A stretch of 49,189 nt of DNA from a virus. Taxonomy: Duplodnaviria > Heunggongvirae > Uroviricota > Caudoviricetes. The DNA lies in IMG/VR virus record IMGVR_UViG_3300045988_153230; one strand, given 5' to 3'. The position numbers and the translations under genes were made by a program. Below the pieces are notes generated by a model that saw only the letters and a program-made list of their open reading frames with translations, was not told where the DNA came from and searched no databases. Shown in pieces: positions 1 to 8,446 of the stretch; positions within the stretch are counted from its first letter, which is position 1, and every line of letters begins with the position of its first letter.

Positions 1-45
1 TTCAGCCAGGTTAAAGCCTCATCGCATGAGGACACACGATACTCA

Positions 46-168
46 TCATCGTAGCTCAGGTCCGTAAACCTGTAGCTTTTTCAAATCAGCCAAAACCTTT
101 TCCTGAAGAGCGTCTTCTTGCTCATTTAGCCAGTCGTCAAATCGCTGGCTAAAAAGTACCGTCCACAT
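46..168 (-). pseudogene. Truncated RelE/ParE-family (Gp49/HigB-type) toxin remnant
   Basis: ATG at 168..166 opens a frame MWTVLFSQRFDDWLNEQEDALQEKVLADLKKLQVYGPE whose DNA at 55..109 is identical to 49135..49189 (5' part of the toxin gene at the right edge). After the junction at ~55 the frame stops at 48..46. Positions 1..55 are identical to 48278..48332 (inside the 126-aa gene) but out of frame and without a start. Confidence 0.55.
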
Positions 169-412
169 GTTCAATCCTATAACCTGTAGTTTATATCACT
201 AACTATATAACCTGTGAGTTATAATTTCAAGAAAAACGGGGCTATTTAACATAATGGACGTTATCGGCACCACCGGATCACCGTTCATTGTCGGATCTAA
301 AAAATCCGCTCAAAAGATCATGTTTTCCTGGGCGTTTTCCACCGTTTTTTATGTTGCTTATTTGTTAATGAAATCTCGTTTTCAGTTTCGCCTCATTTTC
401 GACGCGAAAGCC

Positions 413-703
413 CTATTTTTGTGACTTTACTCCTGGCATATGGACTTCCCAGCGACGAATCCCCATAGCTGCGCAAAAATCAGCCACATAATTCAATCCC
501 GCCCATTCGCGGATACCACCACGGGCTTTTTCAATGAAAACGGCAATCCCTTTTTTATTGAGAGCAAAAAGCCGCCAGCTTTTTGTCACTTCGTCCTGGG
601 TAGCCACAACACAAGTGAAAGCTCCCATGCGATACAGGTCCAAGAACTCTTTGCGTGTTTTGCGTACAAGTTCCATAACAAACCTCATATTTGCATGTTT
701 CAA
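413..703 (-). CDS. Hypothetical small protein (likely start at internal Met, ~91 aa)
   Basis: 96-codon ORF overlapping by 4 nt with the upstream ORF 700..999, suggesting a two-gene operon. No family recognised. Confidence 0.4.
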   Translation of the reverse strand: MKHANMRFVMELVRKTRKEFLDLYRMGAFTCVVATQDEVTKSWRLFALNKKGIAVFIEKARGGIREWAGLNYVADFCAAMGIRRWEVHMPGVKSQK

Positions 704-999
704 ACATCTGTTTTGTTATCAATGAAGATTAACCCTAACCCAGCGAAGTAACACAGCAGCGCCCAGGCTGCATACGGAATGCTGGATCTGGATGTGGACT
801 CCTTTAACATCTGCCAATTGCGAACATTGCGACTATCTTTTAAGCCAAGTTTTTTGGCCAACTGCGAGCCGCTCATTCCGGTCAGGCCAATGACTGCCCG
901 AACTTCTCCACATGTAGGAGACTCCCATTCATCCGCTTTTTTTAAACAAGCCGGATTCAACATTTTTAAAACAGTATCTTTATCCATAACCATCTCCAT
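700..999 (-). CDS. Small protein with predicted helix-turn-helix and hydrophobic C-terminus
   Basis: Segment LTGMSGSQLAKKLGLKDSRNVRNWQ resembles an XRE-type HTH; C-terminal stretch IPYAAWALLCYFAGLGLIFI is hydrophobic. Operonic with 413..703. Confidence 0.4.
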   Translation of the reverse strand: MEMVMDKDTVLKMLNPACLKKADEWESPTCGEVRAVIGLTGMSGSQLAKKLGLKDSRNVRNWQMLKESTSRSSIPYAAWALLCYFAGLGLIFIDNKTDV

Positions 1000-1379
1000 T
1001 TATTATATCTACGATGGTAGGAAATCTTTTCCTATGTGGCAATAGAAATTTACTACATTGCGTATAAGACAACTTTTCTATGTCTAATAGGAAATGATGT
1101 TTCTTACGTTTTATCGCGTTCTGATGGCTACTGTGTGCGTATTTATCGACGTTTATTGATAAGGCTCCCCCTTCCTCCTGCAAAGCCCGGCCGTAGGCCT
1201 TATTTCGTCCTTATATAAATTGATTTTGTATAGTTCGAAACGCGCCGTTTCGAAAAGGATGATCAGGCTACTCCATACCTCCGGCAAGTGCCGGAGGAGG
1301 TATATTTGAGCGTAGCGACTCGAACCGGCGCGAGCTTTAGCTCGCTGCAAGGGCGAACATATTCACAGGCAAAGCCTGC

Positions 1380-1630
1380 GTAAGTTAAATAAAGAAAGTT
1401 TTAATAAAAGAAAGTGATTTTGCATTTATTTGTTTAGTGCATCTATTATAAAAAACCATTTGCATATACATATCAAAACTGTGGATAACTTGATTAGTTG
1501 ATACCTGTAAAGGCGATATTTTTGCTGAGTTCAGGTTTAGAGAAAATTAATTTAGCTTGTTTTTTGAACAGCTATTTTTTTGCGACGTAGATAATCCTCC
1601 GGTAAAACCGGATTCATCATTCAGGTGAGT
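1380..1630. other. Putative plasmid origin (oriR-like) downstream of repA
   Basis: ~250 bp AT-rich non-coding stretch immediately 3' of repA with a consensus DnaA box (TGTGGATAA, complement TTATCCACA) at 1480..1488. IncFII-type replicons place ori just downstream of repA. Confidence 0.5.
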
Positions 1631-2478
1631 TAATGTTGGAGTGATTTCCAGGTCTTTCTTAGCCTGTTATAACGCTGCTCAACGAGGGATCGTAAATATG
1701 CAAGGTCAGCACCAGGATACATGCCATCAGCAAATTCCTGGCTAACCTCTCTAGTGATTTGATGACGAAGTTCGGCCTCTCCCTTTTCCTGAACAAGACG
1801 CGCAGCTCTCTCCGCTGCTTTCTGTTTTGCCTTTATCTCTCTGGCCGTCTTCCTCTGACGCCATACATTCTCCATCTGCTCCTGAATAACAATACGCTTA
1901 TAATCAGCCTCCGTTATCGCTTTTTTAAGCCGTTCACTATTCTTCGCATTGAAGTAATTAAGTTTCTGGCTAACCGCACGTCTCCATGCTTGTTCAGTAA
2001 TACCAACGGTTTCCAGCAGTTGATCACGAATCTCTATTTTCGCTGGCCAATACTGTTTATTCACCCGATCCCAGCGACGTTCATAATCAATAAAACCTAA
2101 CGCTTTCAGTTGCGACAACGCCCTTGTACAGCGCGTTATAGACTTGTTCCCAGCTTCGGATACGGTAGACAGGCCGCAAAAATCAGCCAACGCCTCAGCA
2201 CTAGCCAGAACCCGCTTAGAAATGATGTTTACATGGTGCAAAATCGCAGCGATCACAGCATTAATCGCCCGACGACGATGCTCGTTTATCCGGCGCTTCC
2301 GCTCTGACGGTTGATTAACGTAGAACGCAACCTCACACGTAAGATCACGCCCATTAATGCGCTGTAAAGCATCAGATAACACCAGCGGCAGCTTGTGCGT
2401 ATGGTGCTTTGGAGGCTGGAACTCCGGCGACAAATTACAAACGTAAGCTGAACGTAGAGACGGCATTGGTCTATCCAT
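1630..2478 (-). CDS. repA: Plasmid replication initiator, IncFII RepA1-like
   Basis: Conserved core ...RRRAINAVIAAILHHVNI...FCGLSTVSEAGNKSITRCTRALSQLKALGFIDYE... and basic C-terminal region match my recollection of R100/R1 RepA1. ATG at 2478 chosen (MDRPMPSLRSAYV...); the ORF track extends to 2607 with no better start. Confidence 0.75.
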   Translation of the reverse strand: MDRPMPSLRSAYVCNLSPEFQPPKHHTHKLPLVLSDALQRINGRDLTCEVAFYVNQPSERKRRINEHRRRAINAVIAAILHHVNIISKRVLASAEALADFCGLSTVSEAGNKSITRCTRALSQLKALGFIDYERRWDRVNKQYWPAKIEIRDQLLETVGITEQAWRRAVSQKLNYFNAKNSERLKKAITEADYKRIVIQEQMENVWRQRKTAREIKAKQKAAERAARLVQEKGEAELRHQITREVSQEFADGMYPGADLAYLRSLVEQRYNRLRKTWKSLQH

Positions 2479-2522
2479 ATGTTCGCTCTTGCGTCCACGG
2501 AAAACCAACGTATAATGGGAGT

Positions 2523-2598
2523 TGTCGAGGCGCCCATGGTTAGTTGTTGGTTTTCCGTGGATGTCGCAAGAAGCCCGCAGATTTATCTGCGGGCTTTT
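2523..2598 (+). ncRNA. Candidate CopA-like antisense RNA to the repA leader
   Basis: Plus-strand promoter-like TTGCGT-N16-TATAAT (2489..2516) followed ~55 nt later by a perfect hairpin plus T-run (GCCCGCAGATTTATCTGCGGGCTTTTT, 2571..2598), antisense to the region just upstream of the repA start. A 16-bp inverted repeat (2490..2505 / 2545..2560) sits in the same region. Confidence 0.4.
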
Positions 2599-2643
2599 TG
2601 TTTCCATATCTGGTCACTTTCCAACCAGACACCCACAATCATA

Positions 2644-2658
2644 ACCACGTTACGTGGT
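2644..2658. promoter_or_regulatory. Operator-like palindrome ACCACGTTACGTGGT upstream of repA
   Basis: Perfect 7-1-7 palindrome of the same ACCAC-N5-GTGGT type as the sites flanking the CI-like repressor gene. Confidence 0.4.
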
Positions 2659-2788
2659 TTTAAGAGAACTCTACCACAACACTTTCGGTCATGCACGAAG
2701 TCTCTCACTGATCGAACGATAATCCACCAGTAAAAGGATCTAAATTGGATCTCGTTTTGCGAGCATCATACTACTGGCCTAACTCCAG

Positions 2789-3343
2789 TCAATGATTCCC
2801 AGCCGGAAACCTGCGGTAAAGCGTGGATAAGGTAACATCGAAGATAATCGCTATCCGCTTACGTGAAACACCATTCGCAATAAGCCTTCCGATCTGTTCC
2901 CATTGCTCTGGTGCCAGCTTTGAGCGACGTCCTCCTATCCTGCCGTTAGCCCTTGCCACCGCCAATCCTGCACGCGTTCTTTCAATCATATTTTCCCGCT
3001 CCATCTCTGCGACTGCACTCAGCATCGTGTAGGCAAAGCGGCCAATTGAAGTGCTGATTTTTATCCCTTCCGTAATTGAAATAAACTCAATGTCGTTTGA
3101 TAAAAAATGGTTAAGTAAATCAACAAGATGAATCAGAGAACGCCCCATTCGGTCCAGCTTCCAGACAATAACCGTATCGCCCGGTCGTAACACCTTCAGT
3201 AGCTTATCAAGTCCTGGTCGTTTTGATTTAGCACCGGATATTTTATCTTCAAAAATCCGGTCACATCCTGAACTCCTGAGCGCCTCCAGTTGTAATTCCA
3301 AATTCTGGTCAAAAGTTGACACCCTCGCATAACCATATTGCAT
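2789..3343 (-). CDS. Serine DNA invertase, Gin/Pin/Cin/Hin family
   Basis: 184 aa; N-terminal GYARVSTFDQ with catalytic Ser, and C-terminal ...GRIGGRRSKL...VTLSTLYRR HTH, closely resembling Mu Gin/e14 Pin as I recall them. Adjacent to an invertible tail-fibre segment. Confidence 0.9.
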   Translation of the reverse strand: MQYGYARVSTFDQNLELQLEALRSSGCDRIFEDKISGAKSKRPGLDKLLKVLRPGDTVIVWKLDRMGRSLIHLVDLLNHFLSNDIEFISITEGIKISTSIGRFAYTMLSAVAEMERENMIERTRAGLAVARANGRIGGRRSKLAPEQWEQIGRLIANGVSRKRIAIIFDVTLSTLYRRFPAGNH

Positions 3344-3407
3344 ACTTTCTAAACCGCGATTGTTGCTAAAAGCGGGAAAAAATATCGTTCAGACGACACA
3401 GAGGCAA

Positions 3408-3433
3408 TTCGCAAAAACCTCGGTTTACAGGAA
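3408..3433. repeat. gix-like recombination site, left end of invertible segment
   Basis: Reverse complement reads TTCCTGTAAACCGAGGTTTTTGCGAA, matching my recollection of Mu gix (TTCCTGTAAACCGAGGTTTTGGATAA) over its first 20 nt. Inverted relative to the site at 6461..6486. Confidence 0.8.
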
Positions 3434-4420
3434 ACGGTAAACAGGGCTGGTAACGCCGTGCAAAAAAATGGCGATACCTTGTCCGGTGGGCTTACTTTTG
3501 AAAATGACTCAATCCTTGCCTGGATTCGAAATACTGACTGGGCGAAGATTGGATTTAAAAATGATGCTGATGGTGACACTGATTCATACATGTGGTTTGA
3601 AACAGGCGACAACGGCAATGAATATTTCAAATGGAGAAGCAAACAAAGCACCACAACAAAGGACCTGATGAATCTTAAATGGGATGCTTTGTATGTTCTT
3701 GTTAAAGCTCTTTTCAGCAGTGAAGTAAAAATATCGACAGTCAATGCACTGAGGATATTTAATTCATCTTTTGGTGCTATTTTTCGCCGTTCTGAAGAAT
3801 GCCTTCATATCATCCCTACCCGAGAAAATGAGGGGGAAAATGGCGATATAGGGCCACTACGCCCCTTTACGCTTAATCTCAGAACTGGTCGCATAACTAT
3901 GGGGCATGGTCTGGATGTTACAGGAGATATATTTACAAACCGTTTTTTAATTAACAGCAGTACAGGCATGTGGATTAATATGCGTGACCAGAACGTTATT
4001 ATGGGACGTAATGCGGTATCCACTGATGGTGCTCAGGCTTTGCTCCGTCAGGACCATGCCGACCGCAAATTTATGATTGGCGGTCTGGGAAATAAGCAAT
4101 TTGGCATCTACATGATTAATAACTCAAGGACAGCCAATGGTACCGATGGTCAGGCGTACATGGATAATAACGGTAACTGGCTTTGTGGTGCGCAAGTTAT
4201 TCCCGGCAATTATGGCAATTTTGACTCACGCTATGTGAGAGATGTCCGACTTGGCACACGTGTTGTTCAATTGATGGCGCGTGGAGGGCGTTATGAAATA
4301 GCCGGACACGCACTTACCGGATTAAGAATTATTGGTGAAGTTGATGGCGATGATGAAGCTATCTTTAGGCCGATACAAAAATACATCAATGGCACATGGT
4401 ATAACGTCGCACAGGTGTAA
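3408..4420 (+). CDS. Alternative tail-fibre C-terminal segment (Sv'-like), silent in this orientation
   Basis: Frame is open through the gix site and encodes LGLQETVN, the same peptide encoded at the gix site inside the tail-fibre gene (EYLGLQETVN). No own start; the ORF track's start at 3458 is GTG. Followed directly by a Tfa paralog. Confidence 0.7.
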
Positions 4421-4951
4421 ATGATGCAGCATTTAAAAAATATTAAGTCTGGAAATCCTAAAACGAAAGAACAATATCAGCTAACAAAGAATTTTGATGT
4501 TATCTGGTTATGGTCCGAAGACGGTAAAAACTGGTATGAGGAAGTAAATAACTTTCAGGACGACACCATAAAGATTGTATACGACGAAAATAATATTATT
4601 GTTGCCATAACCAAAGATGCCTCAACGCTTAATCCCGAAGGCTTTAGTGTCGTTGAGATTCCAGATATAACAGCCAATCGTCGTGCCGATGATTCAGGGA
4701 AGTGGATGTTTAAGGATGGATCTGTAGTTAAACGGATTTATACGGCAGACGAACAGCAACAACAAGCCGAATCACAAAAGGCCGCATTGCTTTCCGAAGC
4801 TGAATCAGTCATCCAGCCGCTGGAACGCGCTGTCAGGTTGAATATGGCAACAGACGAGGAACGCACACGACTGGAAGCATGGGAACGCTACAGTGTTCTG
4901 GTCAGCCGTGTGGATACGGCAAATCCTGAATGGCCACAAAAGCCTGAATAA
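4421..4951 (+). CDS. Tail fibre assembly protein (Tfa/U'-like), alternative copy
   Basis: 176 aa; N-terminus [25 protein letters not shown]... is paralogous to the convergent ORF 4980..5513. Typical position after a tail-fibre C-terminal segment. Confidence 0.85.
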   Translation: MMQHLKNIKSGNPKTKEQYQLTKNFDVIWLWSEDGKNWYEEVNNFQDDTIKIVYDENNIIVAITKDASTLNPEGFSVVEIPDITANRRADDSGKWMFKDGSVVKRIYTADEQQQQAESQKAALLSEAESVIQPLERAVRLNMATDEERTRLEAWERYSVLVSRVDTANPEWPQKPE

Positions 4952-4956
4952 AAATT

Positions 4957-4976
4957 AAGGCCCGCTATCGGGCCTT
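4957..4976. terminator. Bidirectional hairpin between convergent Tfa genes
   Basis: AAGGCCCGCTATCGGGCCTT perfect stem-loop between the two convergent Tfa ORFs. Confidence 0.5.
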
Positions 4977-4979
4977 GTC

Positions 4980-5513
4980 TCATTCCGGTTTTTCTGGAAA
5001 CGTTACTGGCAGGATGGAGGTATCTGTAGATTCGACTTTCTGTGCATATAGCATCCACTCGGTTAATTTCTGTTTATTCTCATCGGAAATGATGCCCAGC
5101 CGTAGCTGTGAGTCCCACAGTTGGGTTTTATCCCTGACAAGTTGCAACAGGCTTTGCTTTTCATTCTCTGCCTGCTGCCTCTGTTCTTCCTCGGTGTAAG
5201 TTCGCTTTATCACTACGCCATCTTTGAACATCCATTTACCCGAAATATCAGCCCGGCGATTTGCTGTAATATCAGGTAATTCAACGACGCTTGCGCCTTC
5301 CGGATTAATTGCTGAAACATCCTTTTCAATACAAATAATAACGCCGTTACGGTCATAGACCATTTTCAATGTGTCTGGCTGGAAATTCTTTTGTTCCTCA
5401 TACCAGTTTTTTCCATCATCTGAATAAAGCCATTTGATGTTAAATTGCTTTGTTAGCTGGTATTGCTCTTTTGTTTTAGGGTTGCCAGCAGTAATGTTTT
5501 TTAAGTGCATCAT
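4980..5513 (-). CDS. Tail fibre assembly protein (Tfa/U-like), expressed copy
   Basis: 177 aa; [24 protein letters not shown]...; immediately downstream of the tail-fibre gene. Confidence 0.85.
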   Translation of the reverse strand: MMHLKNITAGNPKTKEQYQLTKQFNIKWLYSDDGKNWYEEQKNFQPDTLKMVYDRNGVIICIEKDVSAINPEGASVVELPDITANRRADISGKWMFKDGVVIKRTYTEEEQRQQAENEKQSLLQLVRDKTQLWDSQLRLGIISDENKQKLTEWMLYAQKVESTDTSILPVTFPEKPE

Positions 5514-5515
5514 CG

Positions 5516-7834
5516 TTAAATACTCCCCGCGTTATACCACGTCCCATTAATGCAATACTGAATTGGCCTTGCCTGAGTTGTATCAATTAATTCATCACGG
5601 TTTCCGTTAACTGAACCCGTAACGACATAACCTGACCTGTCAGACCAGCCGGGACCATTCCATGTCTGAACAGATGACAGACCGCCCAGGCGAATACCTG
5701 TAATAAACCTTGAGTTACATTCTGCCTGCGTATATGCACCAACATCCCCCGCAGAGGGTTTGCGGGTTGTGGTGTAAAACTCTGACCAGTTAGCTTCAAA
5801 GCCATAACCATCACGCGCTGAACGATAAAAGATACCGCCGTTCTTATAATTCACGCGGAACTGTACAGCAGGGCAACTCCCCGCATTCATATTAAAGTGG
5901 AGGATTAATGTCGATGCACCACTGATATCTGCATCATAAACACCGCTATTCCAGTTCCAGCCAACAGCTTTATCATTTGCAACCCTGCTTCCTGTTTGCC
6001 CTAAAGCAAATGCAGGCTGCTGGTTTTTCGTATTGTAGTCTCTTCGCCAGCCAGGAGCATAAGCATCACCATGATTAATATAAGTGAATTGAGCGTTAGT
6101 GATTCCGCCGCCGCTGGACGTACTCGGAGTAGTAACGCGTATGGTCATTGCGCCGCGAGTGCCAATAACTTCCACCACAGCACCTGCAAGACAAATATTT
6201 CCGCAACCTGTATCTGTAATGACCTTATTATTTGCATAAGCCCATGAGCCTTTGCACATCCAGTAAGGATGGTTAAATGCTCCCTGACTCTCCAGCCACG
6301 AAATAAATTGCGCGGTTGTCCAGACCTGACTATCGCCACCAATATTCAGCCATGGGCTGTATGCGCGGCAGGCACCAATATTTTTGGTGAAGGTATCTTT
6401 TCCTGGAATATCTGCGCCGTTCTGGTTTTTCTGTAATGCGCCAGAAGCCTGATTTACCGTTTCCTGCAAACCGAGGTATTCGATAACGGCAGCAACGGTC
6501 GATTTCGCAAGAATATCCCGCCCGACTTTTGTCAGGGTTGCCAGGCTGGCGACATCATTCCCCGTAAAATACGGAAACTTGTCTGCCGAAGTAGCAAGCC
6601 CGGCCAGCGCCGTCAGGGTGGCATCTTTCGGTTGCTTACCCGCAAGCGCGTTAGTCATGGTGGTCGCAAAATTCGGGTCGTTGCCCAACGCCGCAGCCAG
6701 CTCGTTTAGCGTATTCAGTGCGTCAGGCGACGAGTCCACGAGGGCAGCGATCGCAGCCATAACATAAGCCGTGCTTGCGATCTGAGTATTGTTAGTACCT
6801 TTTGGCGCAGTTGGTGTTGTTGGTGTTCCGGTCAGCGCAGGACTGTTTAAGGGCGCTTTCTTGTTCGTTTCATCCATTACCGCCTTAACAGCTTTTGGTG
6901 TCGCAGCCAGCGTTTCAGACGTGCTGTTAGTGGCACTACTGAGCTGAGTTATTCCCCTTACAGTCAGTGAAGCTACAGGCACATTTGTTATCTGCTCCCA
7001 CGAATGCGTGTGATTGGACGGAGCCTTTCCGGCCGCAAGATCATACGCTGCCTTAACAGCCTTTGGTGTTGCTGCTAGCGTTTCAGACGTGCTGTTGGTG
7101 GCACTACTGAGCTGAACAATCCCTTTTCGCGCTGTGGTAGCGTCCTGTGCGGTGTATTTAGCGTTAGCAAGGTCATATGCTGCCTTAACAGCCTTAGGCG
7201 TCGCAGCAAGCGTTTCAGACGCGCTATTGGTGGCGCTGCTAAGTTGAACAAAGCCTTTTGAGGTTAAAGTTGCATCAGGATGATTACGTGATTGCTCATG
7301 TTTCACAATGGCTTGCTTAAGCCGCTTTGCTGAAACAGCAAGGGAATCATCTGTACCTGCCTCAATTTCTTGTTCATTAGCAAATCTTGCCACCCCAACA
7401 ACAGTTTCGGTCGCGGGAGGATTAATAAACTCAATATCACCAAATGTAATATTTTTAGTATCAAGAGTCTTAATTGCTATATCACTTGATATTAAAGCGA
7501 TAGTAGATGATGCTTTATTTATTATTGCTTGTTCTTGTGAGTATACAGCAAACAACGCCCCCTTATTCGTATACAATCCTATTGTATGGACAACATACTC
7601 ATCTTTACTATCATCCTTCGCTGTTACATGAATTGTATCAGGGGAAACAACTTTGCCACCTATTGTGGTAAGTCGTTTTATTTCGTTTGTTATATTTGTT
7701 TGTGAGGTTGACGTGACATAATATCTACTACCTAAACCAACAGAAACAATCTCAACTTTATTTGTTCCTGTTTTGTTGGCATTAACCAACTCCTGACGCC
7801 CGGCGTCAGTCATCGTAAATAATAATTTACTCAC
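5516..7834 (-). CDS. Tail fibre protein (P2 gpH / Mu S-like), constant N-terminal part plus invertible C-terminal part
   Basis: 772 aa; N-terminus MSKLLFTMTDAGRQEL resembles P2 gpH N-terminus (first codon is GTG). Contains three ~70-bp internal repeats (about 6885..7250) and the gix site at 6461..6486 inside the coding sequence. Confidence 0.85.
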   Translation of the reverse strand: MSKLLFTMTDAGRQELVNANKTGTNKVEIVSVGLGSRYYVTSTSQTNITNEIKRLTTIGGKVVSPDTIHVTAKDDSKDEYVVHTIGLYTNKGALFAVYSQEQAIINKASSTIALISSDIAIKTLDTKNITFGDIEFINPPATETVVGVARFANEQEIEAGTDDSLAVSAKRLKQAIVKHEQSRNHPDATLTSKGFVQLSSATNSASETLAATPKAVKAAYDLANAKYTAQDATTARKGIVQLSSATNSTSETLAATPKAVKAAYDLAAGKAPSNHTHSWEQITNVPVASLTVRGITQLSSATNSTSETLAATPKAVKAVMDETNKKAPLNSPALTGTPTTPTAPKGTNNTQIASTAYVMAAIAALVDSSPDALNTLNELAAALGNDPNFATTMTNALAGKQPKDATLTALAGLATSADKFPYFTGNDVASLATLTKVGRDILAKSTVAAVIEYLGLQETVNQASGALQKNQNGADIPGKDTFTKNIGACRAYSPWLNIGGDSQVWTTAQFISWLESQGAFNHPYWMCKGSWAYANNKVITDTGCGNICLAGAVVEVIGTRGAMTIRVTTPSTSSGGGITNAQFTYINHGDAYAPGWRRDYNTKNQQPAFALGQTGSRVANDKAVGWNWNSGVYDADISGASTLILHFNMNAGSCPAVQFRVNYKNGGIFYRSARDGYGFEANWSEFYTTTRKPSAGDVGAYTQAECNSRFITGIRLGGLSSVQTWNGPGWSDRSGYVVTGSVNGNRDELIDTTQARPIQYCINGTWYNAGSI
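6461..6486. repeat. gix-like recombination site inside tail-fibre gene, right end of invertible segment
   Basis: TTCCTGCAAACCGAGGTATTCGATAA, near-identical core to the site at 3408..3433 in inverted orientation. Confidence 0.8.
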
Positions 7835-7864
7835 GCTTAATTCCTTGAATTAACAAATTGCGAA

Positions 7865-8446
7865 TTAGCACTCGCCAATTAATCGTACATAGGACACAGG
7901 CTGACAAGCACCAACAATACCAACACCACCAGAAACATTGGCAGCTTGCGAAAATGTAAATAATGTTCTTGCCGACTTTGCGCTCTTGATACTTCTTAAC
8001 GTATCTTCCAACATCTCTTTCGAAGGAACGGCACCATCAAAAGAGTTAATCGAAGCAACAATTGAGGCTGTATATGGTTCGCCAGGTGGTGATGTTTCAA
8101 ACCATTCTGTTATATTTACCTCTCCACCCAAGCTATTTACTACATCTTCAACCGCTGCCCTTGTACCCTTTATTCGCTTTGTTCGTATTATTGATTTAAA
8201 AACAGAACGCTTTAACGATACAGGCCAACTATCTCTCCATGTATCAGCATTCCATTGCCAAGCTAAATGATCGAGAACAACTGAGTCCAGGTTATCAACA
8301 ACACTATATATTTCTGTCTTATATATTAAATTGTTAATTGCTTGTAGTTCATCATCGATAGCTTTCGACATAGCTATCACGTTGGGATCTCTAGCTAAGT
8401 TAGGAGGTAAAACATCCAACAAGCTAACATTAAAGATATCAGCCAT
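7865..8446 (-). CDS. Phage tail protein I (P2 gpI-like)
   Basis: 193 aa beginning MADIFNVSLLDVLPPNLARDP..., positioned between baseplate J and the tail fibre as in P2. Confidence 0.7.
   Translation of the reverse strand: MADIFNVSLLDVLPPNLARDPNVIAMSKAIDDELQAINNLIYKTEIYSVVDNLDSVVLDHLAWQWNADTWRDSWPVSLKRSVFKSIIRTKRIKGTRAAVEDVVNSLGGEVNITEWFETSPPGEPYTASIVASINSFDGAVPSKEMLEDTLRSIKSAKSARTLFTFSQAANVSGGVGIVGACQPVSYVRLIGEC

Noticed and set aside
1759-2100. 113-codon plus-strand ORF inside repA
   Set aside because: Lies antisense within a well-supported repA coding region; composition looks like a mirror-frame artefact; no RBS or family resemblance.
2789-3343. Serine recombinase as the prophage integrase
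   Set aside because: At 184 aa with Gin/Pin-type sequence and flanking gix sites it is a small invertase; it lacks the large C-terminal domain of serine integrases.
3349-3744. 131-codon minus-strand ORF spanning the left gix site
   Set aside because: Overlaps the recombination site and the in-frame alternative fibre segment on the other strand; hydrophobic low-complexity translation typical of antisense frames.
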